From Octopus sinensis (lineage: Eukaryota): DNA of 64,000 nucleotides. Location of the stretch: NCBI RefSeq assembly GCF_006345805.1, contig NC_043005.1, positions 2,108,001 to 2,172,000 on the forward strand, given 5' to 3'. Both the position numbers and the translations under genes were made by a program. The notes below the pieces were generated by a model. It was not told where the DNA came from and ran no database searches. It was given only the letters and a program-made list of their open reading frames with translations. Shown here in pieces: positions 27,451 to 40,611 of the stretch (its first letter is position 1; every line of letters starts with the position of its first letter).

Positions 27451-28677
27451 GAAGACCATATAGGTTTTCAACATACCGGATATTCCATTTAAATTTTTTT
27501 AGCAAATATATAATCAGAACTAGTGAATAAAAGAATTACATGCTTGTTGCCATTATTTTAGCGGAATGAACTTAGAGAGAGAGAGAGAAAATACCCCGAC
27601 TATAATTTTGAGTGGCAGAAGAGAATAACAATGGGGGTCATGAGATGGTAATATAGCTACATATATCTATCTCCCTATCACTATCAAAAGATATAATGCA
27701 GCTAATATACTACGTCCACTAAGAATTAAAACCATTTGGAGATGACAGTTAAGTTCTAGCTGTTGATAATAAATTAGATATTGTCAGATACTCTCCCAGA
27801 CCCCTAATTTACTATGGCTATAAATTCTTTATAACTACATAAGAAAGAAAGAAATAAAGAAAGAAAGAAATCTCAGAAGACGTCAGTAAGATAGCGGTAT
27901 ATGCCCAGAAAGGTGGAAGGTAGGGGTGACATAGACTATTTTATTATTATCAGTTAAAGGCTCCTAAAATAGAAAACAAAGGACGACGCTAGAATGAGAT
28001 CTAAATGAATATTAAGGAAACAGGGGGAAATATAATCACAATTTATCAAAAATTTATATATTATTATATTTTGTATAAAAAATTAAAATTTTAAAATTTA
28101 GAAATGGATATAAGAACGAAGTAAGATAAGAAACATCTTGAAATAAATTTGAGCCCTAAAAAGTAGAGAACTTTTATATGAAATAGAAACTTCCTAATAC
28201 TTCATCCTAGCAAATTTTTAAGGTGGTCATGCTAAAGCCATTCCAATAGTGAACCCATAATTACATTCAAATATCATCCGAGAGAGAGAGGTTCACAATA
28301 TCTATTGACTGAAAACCAGGTAAAAAAAATGAGATAATTGGTTCTATAACAGATAAACATTTTAAAAAATTATAATCATATAACAAAAAAATTTCCAAGA
28401 TTATGAAAAATCTTAAAGAATAGGAATTATATGATTCTACATTCATCAGTGTCGGTAATATATCTTATAAAACCGCATTCAATGGTATCCTTATTTTACT
28501 TTATTTATTTCTTGATTTTCTTTTTATTTTTTCTTCTTTTTAGTTTTTATTTTATCTTTATTTTGTTATTTATCTCTCCTTATATTCAGCTATGAACAAT
28601 TATTTAACATTATGTCTATTTTTAACCTCTATGTTTTCATTTCATAAACCCCTTACTGAAATTATATATATATATAT

Positions 28678-29072
28678 AGGCGCAGGAGTGGCTGTGTGGT
28701 AAGTAGCTTGTTTACCAACCACATGGTTCCGGGTTCAGTCCCACTGCGTGGCACCTTGGGCAAGTGTCTTCTACTATAGTCTCGGGCCGACCAAAGCCTT
28801 GTGAGTGGATTTCGTAGACGGAAACTGAAAGAAGCCCGTCGTATATATGTATATATATATATATATATGCGTGTGTGTTTGTGCGTCTGTGTTTGTCCCC
28901 CTAGCATTGCTTGACAACCTATGTCCCCGTTACTTAGCGGTTCGGCAAAAGAGACCGATAGAATAAGTACTGGGCTTACAAAAGAATAAGTCCTTGGTCG
29001 ATTTGCTCGATTAAAGGCGGTGCTCCAGCATGGCCGCAGTCAAATGACTGAAACAAGTAAAAGAGAAAAAGA

Positions 29073-29073
<1 letters not shown>
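28678..29073 (+). mobile_element. Full-length SINE family A
   Basis: tRNA-like head (tggctgtgtgg A-box-like, ggttcagtccc B-box-like), internal (TA)n, 3' aagtaaaagag repeats. Confidence 0.9.
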
Positions 29074-29114
<41 letters not shown>

Positions 29115-29163
29115 AAACAAGTCAAAAATAGAAAATGCTAAGATAATTTTATAGTGAATCTTT

Positions 29164-29201
29164 CAGTACCGGTTTCGGTCATTTTGAGACATTTTCAACT
29201 G
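29164..29201 (-). ncRNA. Minimal type I hammerhead, U3-A8 core variant (5' pLTR copy)
   Basis: Reverse complement reads cag-TTGAAAA-tgtc-tcaaaat-gacc-GAAA-CCGG-TA-ctg. Confidence 0.65.
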
Positions 29202-29707
29202 TAACGTTTAAATAATTAAATTTAGAAAAATTAGAAGAAAAGTTTTTTTAAAGGAATATTTCTATAGTAGTGTTCAGATATAAGTGGCATTCTGCCTTTC
29301 TCTGACTCCCTTGTTTGCACTTGTGTGTTCGAGGTCGTTGTGAGTTCTTGGTAGGGTAGGAGAAGCAGAAGGCTGATGTGGAGAGGGGGTGGGGAAATCT
29401 GGGAATGCCTTGATGGTCGTATTTTGAATGGTCAGTGGCGGACAGCAATCGCAGTTCAATTCAGGCATTGTTTATGGAATTTGCGTAAGCGTTATACTGA
29501 AAGGCATTAGTGACAAGGTTAAGGGGTAGAAGGTGGAGAAGTAGAAGAAGAAGATGACGATGTTGATGATGATGATGATGAAGGAGAAGAAGAAGAAGAA
29601 GAAGAAGAAGAAGGAGAAGGAGAAGATGATGATGATGATGGTGGTGATGATGATGACGACGATGATGATGATAATGATGATGATGAAGAAGAAGAGGAAG
29701 AAGAAGA

Positions 29708-30862
29708 TACCTAGAGATCAGTCTGTATCGTAAGGTTCTAGAAAGATATGGCAGCCCTTTCTCCATCTACATAGAAAACAACTGGAAGAGATATCTAGAT
29801 GACTGTTTCATTCTTTGGCATAAAAATATAGAAAAACTCATAGAATTCCAGGAAATTTTAAACGGACTGGACGTAAACATCCAATTTACAATGGAATATA
29901 GCCAGCAACAACTCCCCTTCCTCGATATCCTCATTAAGAAAGCTAATAATATAATAGAAACAGACATATACTATAAGCCTACAGACTCTAAGCAATATCT
30001 TCCATTCAATTCATGCCACCCCAGACACACCAGGATGAATATCCCCTTCAATCTAGCAAAAAGGATATGCACTATAGTCTCTAACGCAAACACCAGAGAC
30101 ACACGACTACAAGAACTAAAAGATACCTTTATCACCAGGAACTATCCACCTTCACTTATTGACAAGTGCATTCAACGTGCCCTTCAACTTAACATCAAGG
30201 AACTGAGACATCCCAAATCAAAGAAAAACTTACAACCAAAAGCCTTACCATACATCTCCACACACAACCCTCTCAATAACGAAGCCTTCGGCAACATCCT
30301 CCACAACATACCCCTCCTAAAAAAAGACCACAGAATGAAAACAATCCTCCAAACACACACGATCATAAAAAGCAAAAAACAGCCTAGATCCATGAAAAGT
30401 CTCCTAACACAAGCCCGAATTCACTCTTCAACACAGAAGCCGACAGTAAAAAAATGTGGAAGACCCAATTGCGGGATATGCGACTATCTAATTGAGGGAT
30501 CAGAGTTCTCCTTCAAACAGGGACAACGGTTTACAGTGAAAAGCAACTTCACATGTGCTTCGGAGAACCTAATATACTCACTAACCTGCTCCGGGTGTCA
30601 AGAGCAGTACATAGGCCAAACAAAAAATGGTTTGCGTAAACGAATGGCCCTGCACAGATCCCAGATAAGAATTCCCCAAAACAGAAAAATAGCTTTTAGC
30701 CAACACATAGATACTTGCGCCAACAAAAAAACACCAAACTTCAGGATTTTCCCCCTCTACCAATTTAGGGACGATACAACCTCGAGACAACGAATAAGTA
30801 AAGAAAATCTCTTTATTACAAAATACAGGCCACTTCTTAACGGGTCTACGACAAACAATTAA
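29708..30862 (+). CDS. PLE reverse transcriptase C-terminal half plus GIY-YIG endonuclease (5'-truncated, uninterrupted)
   Basis: Frame is open from 29708: YLE..KRYLDDCFILW..FTME..LPFLD..YYKPT..SCHP..LIYSLTCSGCQEQYIGQT..RMALH..KENLFI..P.LN. Confidence 0.9.
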   Translation, partial: YLEISLYRKVLERYGSPFSIYIENNWKRYLDDCFILWHKNIEKLIEFQEILNGLDVNIQFTMEYSQQQLPFLDILIKKANNIIETDIYYKPTDSKQYLPFNSCHPRHTRMNIPFNLAKRICTIVSNANTRDTRLQELKDTFITRNYPPSLIDKCIQRALQLNIKELRHPKSKKNLQPKALPYISTHNPLNNEAFGNILHNIPLLKKDHRMKTILQTHTIIKSKKQPRSMKSLLTQARIHSSTQKPTVKKCGRPNCGICDYLIEGSEFSFKQGQRFTVKSNFTCASENLIYSLTCSGCQEQYIGQTKNGLRKRMALHRSQIRIPQNRKIAFSQHIDTCANKKTPNFRIFPLYQFRDDTTSRQRISKENLFITKYRPLLNGSTTNN

Positions 30863-31491
30863 TATACCTCAACTTTAGAATAAAAGAAATATATACACAC
30901 ACAAATATTACATTCCATAGAATCCATTACTAATCAGCCCCATCACAGCTATACTTTCCCCCATTCATATTCTCCCTTCTCTGTTTTTTTTTCTTCTTCT
31001 TCTTCTTCTTCTTCTTCTTCTTCTTCTTGATCATCATCATTATCATCATCATCGTCGTCATCATCATCACCACCATCATCATTATCATCTTCTTCTTCTT
31101 CTTCTCCTTCATCATCATCATCATCAACATCGTCATCTTCTTCTTCTTCTACTTCTCCACCTTCTACCCCTTAACCTTGTCACTAATTCCTTTCAGTATA
31201 ACGCCTACGCAAATTCCATAAACAATTCCTGAATTGAACTGCGACTGCTGTCCGCCACTGACCATTCAAAATACGACCATCAAGGCATTCCCAGATTTCC
31301 CCACCCCCTTTCCACATCAGCCTTCTGCTTCTCCTACCCTACCAAGAACTCACAACGACCCCGAACACACAAGTGCAAACAAGGGAGTCAGAGAAAGGCA
31401 GAATGCCACTCATATCTGAACACTACTATAGAAATATTCCTTTAAAAAAACTTTTCTTCTAATTTTTCTAAATTTAATTATTTAATCGTTA

Positions 31492-31529
31492 CAGTTGAAA
31501 AGGTCTCAAAATGACCGAAACCAGTACTG
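31492..31529 (+). ncRNA. Minimal type I hammerhead, U3-A8 core variant (3' pLTR copy)
   Basis: cag-TTGAAAA-ggtc-tcaaaat-gacc-GAAA-CCAG-TA-ctg; stem I extendable by aatc/gatt. Confidence 0.65.
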
Positions 31530-31616
31530 AAAGATTCACTATAAAATTATCTTAGCATTTTCTATTTTTGACTTGTTTTTTCATATATATCAACTCGTGT
31601 GTTCCTTTCCACCCTT

Positions 31617-31680
<64 letters not shown>

Positions 31681-32264
31681 ATGTATGTATGTATGCATGA
31701 GTACTTGCCAAGTAGTGGCGCAGAATAAACAAACTTTTCCTCAATTTAGTTAAAGTATGTGATTTTCACTGCCATTTACTAAAAAGAATGATTAAATTCT
31801 TACTTTAAAAGAAAGGAGTAAATGCACCAAAGTCAGTTTAGAGTTCCGCTTATAGACTGGTAGAAGCATTTCGAACTTTTTATGCTCTCCTCAGAACGAG
31901 ATACAAAGAGGGCAACTCTAGACTCATTGGAAGAATTACCTAAGAAAGCAGTGAGCCAGTATACTGAGTGTGCGTTTTGTCCGACGCACTGTCGTAAAGT
32001 ACATCTGTTTTTTTTTTTTTTACTTGTCAAATATATCCCGAACATGTCCAAAGCTGGTTGTTTTCCCATTTCATAGGTGGCCTCGACAAACTTCAGCTAC
32101 ATCCCTGCTGCATTTTTGGGATATTCTTTTGTTTGTAAAATTACTTCTCATCCGATGATTACGGTTTTTTGCAAGTGAGAAACGTTCTCATTCTTTCATT
32201 AAAAAGATACGTAAGAAACAGCTGTAATGGGCTGAGAATTATCCATGTTATGTTATTATTCATT

Positions 32265-32315
<51 letters not shown>

Positions 32316-32458
32316 TATATATATATGTTATATATATATATATAATATATATATGTATATATTTGTTGAAATGGAAAGATGAATTTTCTTGTTACAGATT
32401 ATTCAAAAGTACAATCTTCGTTCAACTCCATTTCTTCCATTCACTAATTATATATATG

Positions 32459-32505
<47 letters not shown>

Positions 32506-32523
32506 GTATATATATATAATATA

Positions 32524-32617
<94 letters not shown>

Positions 32618-32620
<3 letters not shown>

Positions 32621-35600
32621 CTTAGAATAACTTAGAAAGGTTTTGGCCAGTATTGGCCCAGGCCATGTCTAACTTAATAGCACCACCTGGCGAAGTCTTT
32701 CAATTCAGGATTTGGGCACCGAGGCCCATTCGAGCAGAGAGTTATTGTTTGCGGAGACATATCCGGGTGTGGGTGGTTTGTCTGAGACTGTTTGAAGGAA
32801 TTTGTCCAAAGACTTCTTGAATTTTGTGTGGTTAGTTTCTTTTTTGACGTGTCCTGGTGTAATGTTGAAGAGCGCGGGTCCAATTGAGGTGAAATAATTG
32901 TGCCGTATTGTCGTTATGTGATGCGATTTGGATTTTTGGTGTGGACGGATGGCACGTGGTCCAAGCCTTGGATGTATTTTGAAGGTGATGCCAACATAAT
33001 TCGGACAGTGCTGATGGAATATTTTCCACATCATACAGATAATGTAGCGTTCACGGTGTCGTTGGAGTGAATACAGTTTCAGCTTCTCTAGTCTACCCCA
33101 GTAGTCAAGGTCTGACATGCCATCTATCTTTTTTGTGATTGACCTTTGGGGAGCTTCAATTCTCATAATATTTTGTTTTGTGTAGGGAGACCACAGTGGA
33201 CAGCAGTATTCAAGGTGGGATCGGGCAAAAGTGGAGAAGAGAAGGATAATAGTGTGGGAATCTCTCGACTGGAAGGTTCTGAGAATCCAGGAACACATTC
33301 TGCGGGCCATGTCAATTTTGCTGCTTATATGTGTAGCCCAGCTTATGTTGTTGTCCACTGTTACTCCCAAGTCTCTGATGTTGTTGTACGCCATGAGAAT
33401 TTCTCCAGAAGGAAGTGAGTATGGGAGTTTCAGAGCGTCCTCCCTTCCAAAGTGGATCAGTTCGAATTTGTCTTCGTTTAGCAACATGTTGTTCTTTTCC
33501 GCCCATTGGACAACAGCCAGTAGGTCTGACTGAAGGTTTATTCGGTCATCCACGCCATTGATGACCTTCTGGAGCTTGGAGTCATCAGCGAAGGTTCTAA
33601 TGTTACTGTGTTTGATGGTGTCAGTAATATCATTTATGTAGATGATGAAGAGAAGTGGGCCCAACACCGTGCCTTGTGGGACACCACTGCTGACTTTGGC
33701 TGGGCTGGATTTGACTCCTTCGACTACATGTTGGGTTCTGTTAGACAGGAAGCACTTGATCCACTGCAGCAGCTTTCCAGTGACACCAATATTGGACAGC
33801 TTTCTCAAAAGGATCTTATGATCAACCCTGTCAAAGGCCTTGCTGAAATCAAGGTAGATGACATCAGTGTTGGAACCATCTCCTAAGGCTCTCAAAATGC
33901 CATCAAAATGATGCAGTAGCTGCGTCAGGCAATCTCTTCCATTACAGAATCCATGCTGGTTGGAGTTCAGCATATTATGACTCTCAAGGAAGTGAGTCAT
34001 ACGCGATCTCAGCACTCTCTCAAATACCTTAATGATATGAGAGGTGAGTGAGATTGGACGGTAATTCACGGCAAGCGATTTGTTTCCTTTTTTGAAAACT
34101 GGGACAACAGACTGGGATAGAAGGTCTTCTGGTATATATCCAGCATCCAGTGAGTTCCGCCACGAATTGGCTAGAGGGGGTGCAAGTTGGTTTTGACACA
34201 TCTTCAAGACAGAAGCAGGGAACCTATCGGGACCTACTGCTGAATTATGATTCGTTTCCTTTATTGCTGCTGAGACATCATGAGCGCCAAATGTTATGTC
34301 CGATAAAGTGTATTGGGGAGTAACATCACTGATACAGCCCAGATCAGTCATATCAGGATTGCTGAAAACAGAGCAATATTGTTTCTGCAATATCTCTCAC
34401 ATGGTTTTGGCATTGTCTTGAAGAGTACCATTTTCATCAATCAGAGGGCCAACAGTAGAACCAGTGACTCTGTGTTTTTTTTTGCAAATGAAAAGAACAC
34501 TTGGGATTGAGTTTGATCTTCTCAATGGCCCAGGTCTCTTCAGCTCTTCGCTGACTATTGATGATAGACATCATGTTGTTTTGGAGTTTATGTTTTTTAA
34601 TCTCTAGCGACGAGATGGCAGTCAGGTTGGTGTGTTGCTGTTGACAGTATTTCAGCATGTTGATCTTTTTGTTGATTCTTTTAATTTTCCTTATGAGAGA
34701 TTTTCTATTTCTAGGGATTCGACACTTAGATTTGTTTGCAGATCTTAATGGGGTATGTTTTGCACATATGTTCGTAATGGTGTCTACAAATGACTGCCAG
34801 GACTTTTTGATGTTAGTGGGTGTGTATGTGTGCGTGAAGGACCAATCGACTTGTGCAAGATCATTATTGATCGCTTCCCAGTTTGCATTGAGGAAATCCA
34901 TAGTGTCAAATGGATGAACAGGAGGGATGACATTTGTTTTGCATTTTGGCCAGTGAAATCTCAGATCACAGAGAACCATGTCATGATCGGAGAGTAGGGT
35001 TTTCTCCACTGCAATATTGTGGATAGTATCAGTGTGATTGCTGAAAATTAAGTCTAAGACGTTTTTGTGACATCTCGTTGGTTCGAGCACCAGTTGGGAC
35101 AGGAAGAAATCATCCATGAAGTCAAGAAGCGATTCCACTGCCTCCCTGTCAGGGGTTGAGAGAGAAGAACCTGGCGGCAGACTGTTTGTAGACCAGTCAA
35201 ACCCTGGAAGGTTGAAGCCTCCCATCATTAAAATGTTGTCAGGTTGACACTGCTGAATGAAACACTTTATGCTGTTGTTGAGGCATTCCTTGAAGCATGG
35301 TAGGGGCGTTTGGGGTGGTCTGTAGAGCCCAACTACTGTTAAGTTGTTGGTTTGACTGAATACAGCGATTGCTTCGCAGTATCCATTGGAAAATATGTTC
35401 ATGGCTTCTGTTGAGAATGAATCATGAACATAAATGGCAGTCCCACCCTTTCTTCTGCCAGCACGATCAGCACGAATGGTTTTGAAATTTTTAACTTTCA
35501 CCTCGGCTTCCAAGTGAGGTCACTAAGATGGGTTTCAGTGAGGACGAAGAAAGGGATGTGGTTTGGATGGGCTCGACCCAGTCCTCCAGGAATCTTATCT

Positions 35601-35795
35601 TCCATTTTTGGGTATTGGTGGAAGGGCTGATGCCTTGGGCATTAAGTAAAAATGTTGAGGCGAGAGTGGATGGTTTTAATTGTTTTGGTGATTTGTTTAT
35701 TTGATTGCTTTTTAATGGCATGTGCAGTGGGGTGATAGTGGTGGATGGTGGTGGGTGATAGCTCGGATATTTTTTTTCCAGTTCTTTTGCTAGAT
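32618..35795 (-). mobile_element. CR1-group LINE: end of ORF1 region plus near-complete ORF2 (APE and RT), frameshifted
   Basis: APE motifs LNAQGI, LTETHL, GGTAIYV, VGLYRPP, GFNLP, LDLIF, SDH; RT motifs YRPISLTS, YLDFSKAFD, GVPQGTVLGP, FADD; 3' (ttctaagtta)2 then (TA)n. Confidence 0.93.
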
Positions 35796-35805
35796 TCATT
35801 ATAGC

Positions 35806-35851
<46 letters not shown>

Positions 35852-35856
<5 letters not shown>

Positions 35857-36104
35857 CATACGGCAAGTAAGACAACGGAGAGGATATGAAAACGACAGAG
35901 ATCAGCCAGTAAACATTCAAGTATGTCTATTTATTCAAGTGTATTGGATGACAACATACACATATATGAGTTATACAGATTAACGAGTGGAAAAAGCTGG
36001 TGACTGCATAACTAGCACTTGACTATGAACAACTAGCTACACTACCAACACTATATTGGGTAGGTACTATCTCTTAGTCGGTTTCTCAACTTCTAACTCA
36101 CACA
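35852..36104 (-). mobile_element. Possible solo LTR
   Basis: About 250 bp of unique sequence bounded by TGT...ACA, with AATAAA about 90 nt before the minus-strand 3' end; no TSD confirmed. Confidence 0.3.
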
Positions 36105-36217
36105 GAAATGCATATATCACACACACATATATGCATGTGCGTGTGTGTATATATACATGACTACATATGCAATTCTGTGCGTGAATGTAGGTGTATATAT
36201 ATATATATATATATTTG

Positions 36218-36259
<42 letters not shown>

Positions 36260-36846
36260 CGTGTGTGTACGGGAGAGCGACATGTTTTTTCCTATAGGTA
36301 GAAACGAAGAGTGGAAAGATCGTGTTCATGCAGTCAGCTGATGCAGCCATTCAGTCAATTGGTCTGCCGTAGTTTTATGTCGTCGATAATTATTCTTACA
36401 AGAGAAGAGTAGAGAGGAGGAGGAGTGTGTGAGTGTGGGGGGGGGGGAGTGAACTTCACATTAATGCACTGACACCATTTTCTATAAACTATTGAATCTG
36501 TTTCAGGAAGTTATTAATTACGATAATGTAGTTAGAACTATGGTTAATAACATTTAAACAAGCTGAGACGCCGAGACACAGGAACAGAGATACGGGAGAT
36601 TGATGGAGACAAAAATATAATGAATATATAATCTGAAAATAAGTGGAGTATAATAATAGAAACAATTTATTAATAGCAATGTAAGGGGAGAGGGAGGGGG
36701 GAGAGAGAGGGGGAAGAGAAAGGGGAGAGCGAGATGAAGAGGGAGATAAAGAAGAGTAAATAACAGGTGAGTAATTTGTAGTGCATGAACGAATGTGGAA
36801 CGGAGAGATTGAAAGTAATGAAAGGGCAAATTGGGAATCATGTATG

Positions 36847-36882
<36 letters not shown>

Positions 36883-37039
36883 AGAGAGAGAGAGAGAGAG
36901 AGAGAAAGGGGGAGAGAGAGCGAAACATATATATAGACACTAGTATGTTTGTAATTGCATGTATTTATATCTATATGTATATCTATCAATCAATCAATCA
37001 ATTTATCTCTCTATCCATCTATCTATCCGTCAATCTATC

Positions 37040-37048
37040 AATCTATCA

Positions 37049-37110
<62 letters not shown>
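37040..37110. repeat. (TATC)n microsatellite flanking the Tx1 element (continues at 40540-40640)
   Basis: Read directly from the sequence. Confidence 0.95.
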
Positions 37111-37112
<2 letters not shown>

Positions 37113-40100
37113 GTATTCCTGGGAACGTCTCGTCCTTTACTCTTAGTGGGGGATTGGAATGCTACCTTGGACACGCATGTAGACTACGTGGGTAGAGACA
37201 GAAACAGAAGGAGATGCAAATGCCTCAGAGACCTGCTCAGACGATTCCAACTGTCTGACAGGTACCGACTCGACCACCCAAATGCACCAACGTGGACATG
37301 GAGCAACCGCAGTGGGTCGTCGAGATCGTATCTAGATAGGATACTGTGTAGGGCAGTAGACAAGGATAACTTAGGATGTCCAAAATTCCACACAGTCAGC
37401 TACACGGATCACAAATTGGTGACGTGTACGCTAGACTTAGATAAGGCACATAGACAGGGTCCTGGGTACTGGAAACTGAACGCATCATTCCCGTCCAGAC
37501 AAGTTTTCAGAGACCGGATTAGCACACTAGTAAAGAGGGCTTTGACGGGAGCCATCATCAACAACAAATGGTGGTTTGCCCTCAAGAGAGCAGTAAAAGC
37601 AGAAGCGATTAGGTACAGCAAATCACTAGCCATAGATAGAAATAGAGTAGAGGGTGAGCTAGTTAAGAAGCTAGAAGAGGCAATTAGAAGCGGCATCGCA
37701 TCCGACGTTTTGGCGGCGAGGTTGGCCCTCGACCAACACTTCAACGCCAAACACGAAGGATGTGCTGTCAGAGCTAGGATGCGTGCTCTAAGGAACGAAG
37801 GTGTTGGAGCCGCGAGAGAGGCCCGGGTGGCAGAGGCGCAACAAGGCAACAAAGCCACCATTCGGTCACTGGTAGATGAACAGGGGCGCGAATTGCTCGA
37901 GCCAAGTAAAATGTGTGAGGCCTTTCTGCAGCATTTTGCCCGACTGTTCGGGACGAGTGGAGGGCAAGAACGTAGGGTGGACTTCAGTGCCTACCTACAT
38001 AGCCTGCCACGACTCTCGACAAGAAAGGCAGGGTGCTGCGAAGGTGTCATCACGGCGGCGGAAGTGCAGGAAGCGATAGCAGAATGCTCGAGAGACAAAT
38101 CACCGGGTTTGGATGGTCTACCCTACGAGTTTTATAATTGTATGCCAGACTTGTTTGGGGACGTCTTGGCAGCGGTATACTGCAACTGGCAGCAAAACGG
38201 GAGCATACCCGGTTTTGTGAGTCGAGGAGCTGTAACTCTGCTGAAGAAAGATCCAAACAAGGGAAACATTATAGATAACTTTAGACCAATCACGCTGCTC
38301 AATGCAGACCTGAAAATTTTGACAAAGGTGTTAGCCAAGAAGTTGGCGCTTGTCATCGAGAAACTGGTCGACAACGCACAAACGTGCGCCGTGCCGGGCC
38401 GGAGCATCCATGACAACCTCCATCTGATGCGCTACATCATAGACAGGGTAGTTAACGAACCTGGCATGGGTGGGGCCCTGATCAACTTGGATCAATCGAA
38501 AGCCTTTGATAGGGTAGACCATCGATACTTGGAGGCAGTCCTGAGAGCGGCTGGTTTCGGTCCCGTCTTCCGCGGCTGGATAGCTGCCTTGTACAGAGGC
38601 ATCCGTTCGGTAATTCGCGTAAATGGACATCTATCGAGACCTTTCGACATTGCACGTTCGGTCCGTCAGGGATGCCCCCTCCCGCGCTTCTATACGTATT
38701 GACTCTTGAGCCACTACTGCGGAAGCTGGCGACTCTAAGGGGCATCCCGCGAGAATTGGATGCGGGACGAGCGTGTCTGCATACGCGGACGACGTCACCG
38801 TCATAGTGTCAAGCCACGAGCACATCGAGCGGGTCGGCGAGACACTGAAAGACTACGAAGCGGTGACAGGAGCAAAAATCAACCGGGAAAAGTCAGTGGG
38901 CTTGCGGCTCGGCACCTGGAGAAGCAAGCCCATGCCGTCCACCAGTACCTCCGTCGTGGGACGCTGGACAGACGGCCCGGTTTAGTTGCTCGGGGTCTGG
39001 TTCGGTCCGGACTTCCAAATGGAGAAGAACTGGAACGAGATAACGAGTAGGGTGGTCACTCTCGCCCAGCAATGGGCCGAGAGGAAACTGTCCCTAAAAG
39101 GTCGGGCGGAGGTGGTGAACGCGTACATCGCGTCCATCATCTACTACCGCCTGACCGTCGTACCTTGTCCCGACCCTACCATCACCAAACTAGAACGCAT
39201 CCTCTTCCGCTTCTTGTGGAAAGGATGCGTCCCGATGGTCAGGCGATCCATTTGCTGTCAACACCCGTTAAAAGGAGGGCTGGGCATGCCGTGGTTGATG
39301 ATGCGCAGACACGCGCTGAGACTGCGACATCTCCGGCTCTATGTAGACGACGGGGAACAGGTGTGGTCGCCGTTTTTGAGGCACGCATTCCCGCAACTCG
39401 TCTCCATGACCGAACTACAGTCGTGGATCAAAAAGAGGCCGAGGAAGGGCGAATGGCACCGCGAGTGTCGCGTTGCTCTCAAGCAACTCTGCCGTCCCGG
39501 GTCGACCTTGAGTGACTTCAACACAACCAAAGCATTCTATAGGGGATTAGTGGAGGGGAGGTACGACGACGATCTCGGGGCAAACCTGGGCGTCGACGAG
39601 GAATACCTGACCCGCCTGTTTCAAACGACTTTCGGCCCGGGACCTATGGACAACTTCCAGAGATCCCTGGCCTGGCGGTGCTACCGAGAAGCGCTACCCG
39701 TTCGGGATAAGCTCTATAGGCATGGCTCGAGAAACACGGGGCCGACCTGCCCGAGATGCGGGCAGAGCGACGAAACCGTTCTGCACGCAATCGTGCAGTG
39801 TCCAGCAATTTCCGACCTGTGGGCTTATGTCGAACGACTGCTGTCACGTGTGGGACGTGTCGGTTTATCAGCCGAGTCTATCGTTAATATCGTCACGCCT
39901 CCTTCAAACGGGAAGGAAGAGCTATTTTTATCATATTTGTGGCTATGGCGAAAGAATGTATCTGGTGGACGCACCTGAAAGGATTAGAGACAAACACTTT
40001 CCTCTCTGGTCAATCTCTCTTCAACTTCTTCAAGTATCACTTGAAGAGGAAAGTGAGAGTAGAGAGGCAAGTTTTGTGTAGTGAATGTTTCAAAAAAAGA

Positions 40101-40538
40101 TGGGTGAATGTAGCAAGGATGGCATGTATGAATGACGAAGCCACCTTGACTATGATTCTATGAACCGTAAAAATTAATACAGAGAGTTGCTTATTTGCAA
40201 AAAAAAAAAACTAAATATAACATGTGACTTCATTGACCGAGGTTACCGTGGTCTTTTCCGTAGGCTTTTCTTTCCACGGGTAAACCTCACCTGTTCTCCC
40301 CCTTTACACTTCATATTGACATTTCTGTGATAACGATCCCTATTGATCAATTTTTTTGCTCTCCCCCCCCCTTTTTTTTTTTTTATTAACCCCTCCCTTT
40401 TTTTTTGTCCTCTTTCTTTCCTTTTACGATCCCTTTTGATCGAAAACCACCACTCCCTTTTTTTTATCCCCAAAAGAAAAGCTCTACCTTGTAATTTGTT
40501 CTATCTGTGTGCAGCCCTGTGTGGCTAATAAAGAAACA

Positions 40539-40539
<1 letters not shown>
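37111..40539 (+). mobile_element. Tx1/L1-clade LINE, 5'-truncated within APE, ORF2 with two frameshifts and one stop, 3' UTR with AATAAA
   Basis: LLVGDWNA, SYLDRIL, TDHKLV, GPGYWKLN, KSPGLDGLPYEFY, NFRPITLLNADLKI, LDQSKAFDRVDH, SVRQGCPL, SAYADDV, GGLGMP, CPRCGQSDETVLHAIVQC. Confidence 0.93.

Positions 40540-40611
<72 letters not shown>

Larger units (their letters stand above)
29111..31582 (+). mobile_element. 5'-truncated Penelope-like element with inverted 5' pLTR
   Basis: 29111-29707 is the reverse complement of about 30985-31582; internal RT C-terminus plus GIY-YIG ORF; flanked by (TA)n. Confidence 0.93.

Noticed and set aside
27550-28660. Possible decayed PLE (YIG-like remnant near 28330)
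   Set aside because: Similarity too weak to support by eye; needs an HMM search.
36831-37110. N-terminal part of the 623-aa ORF
   Set aside because: Read-through of microsatellites upstream of the LINE truncation point; the real coding sequence starts at about 37111.
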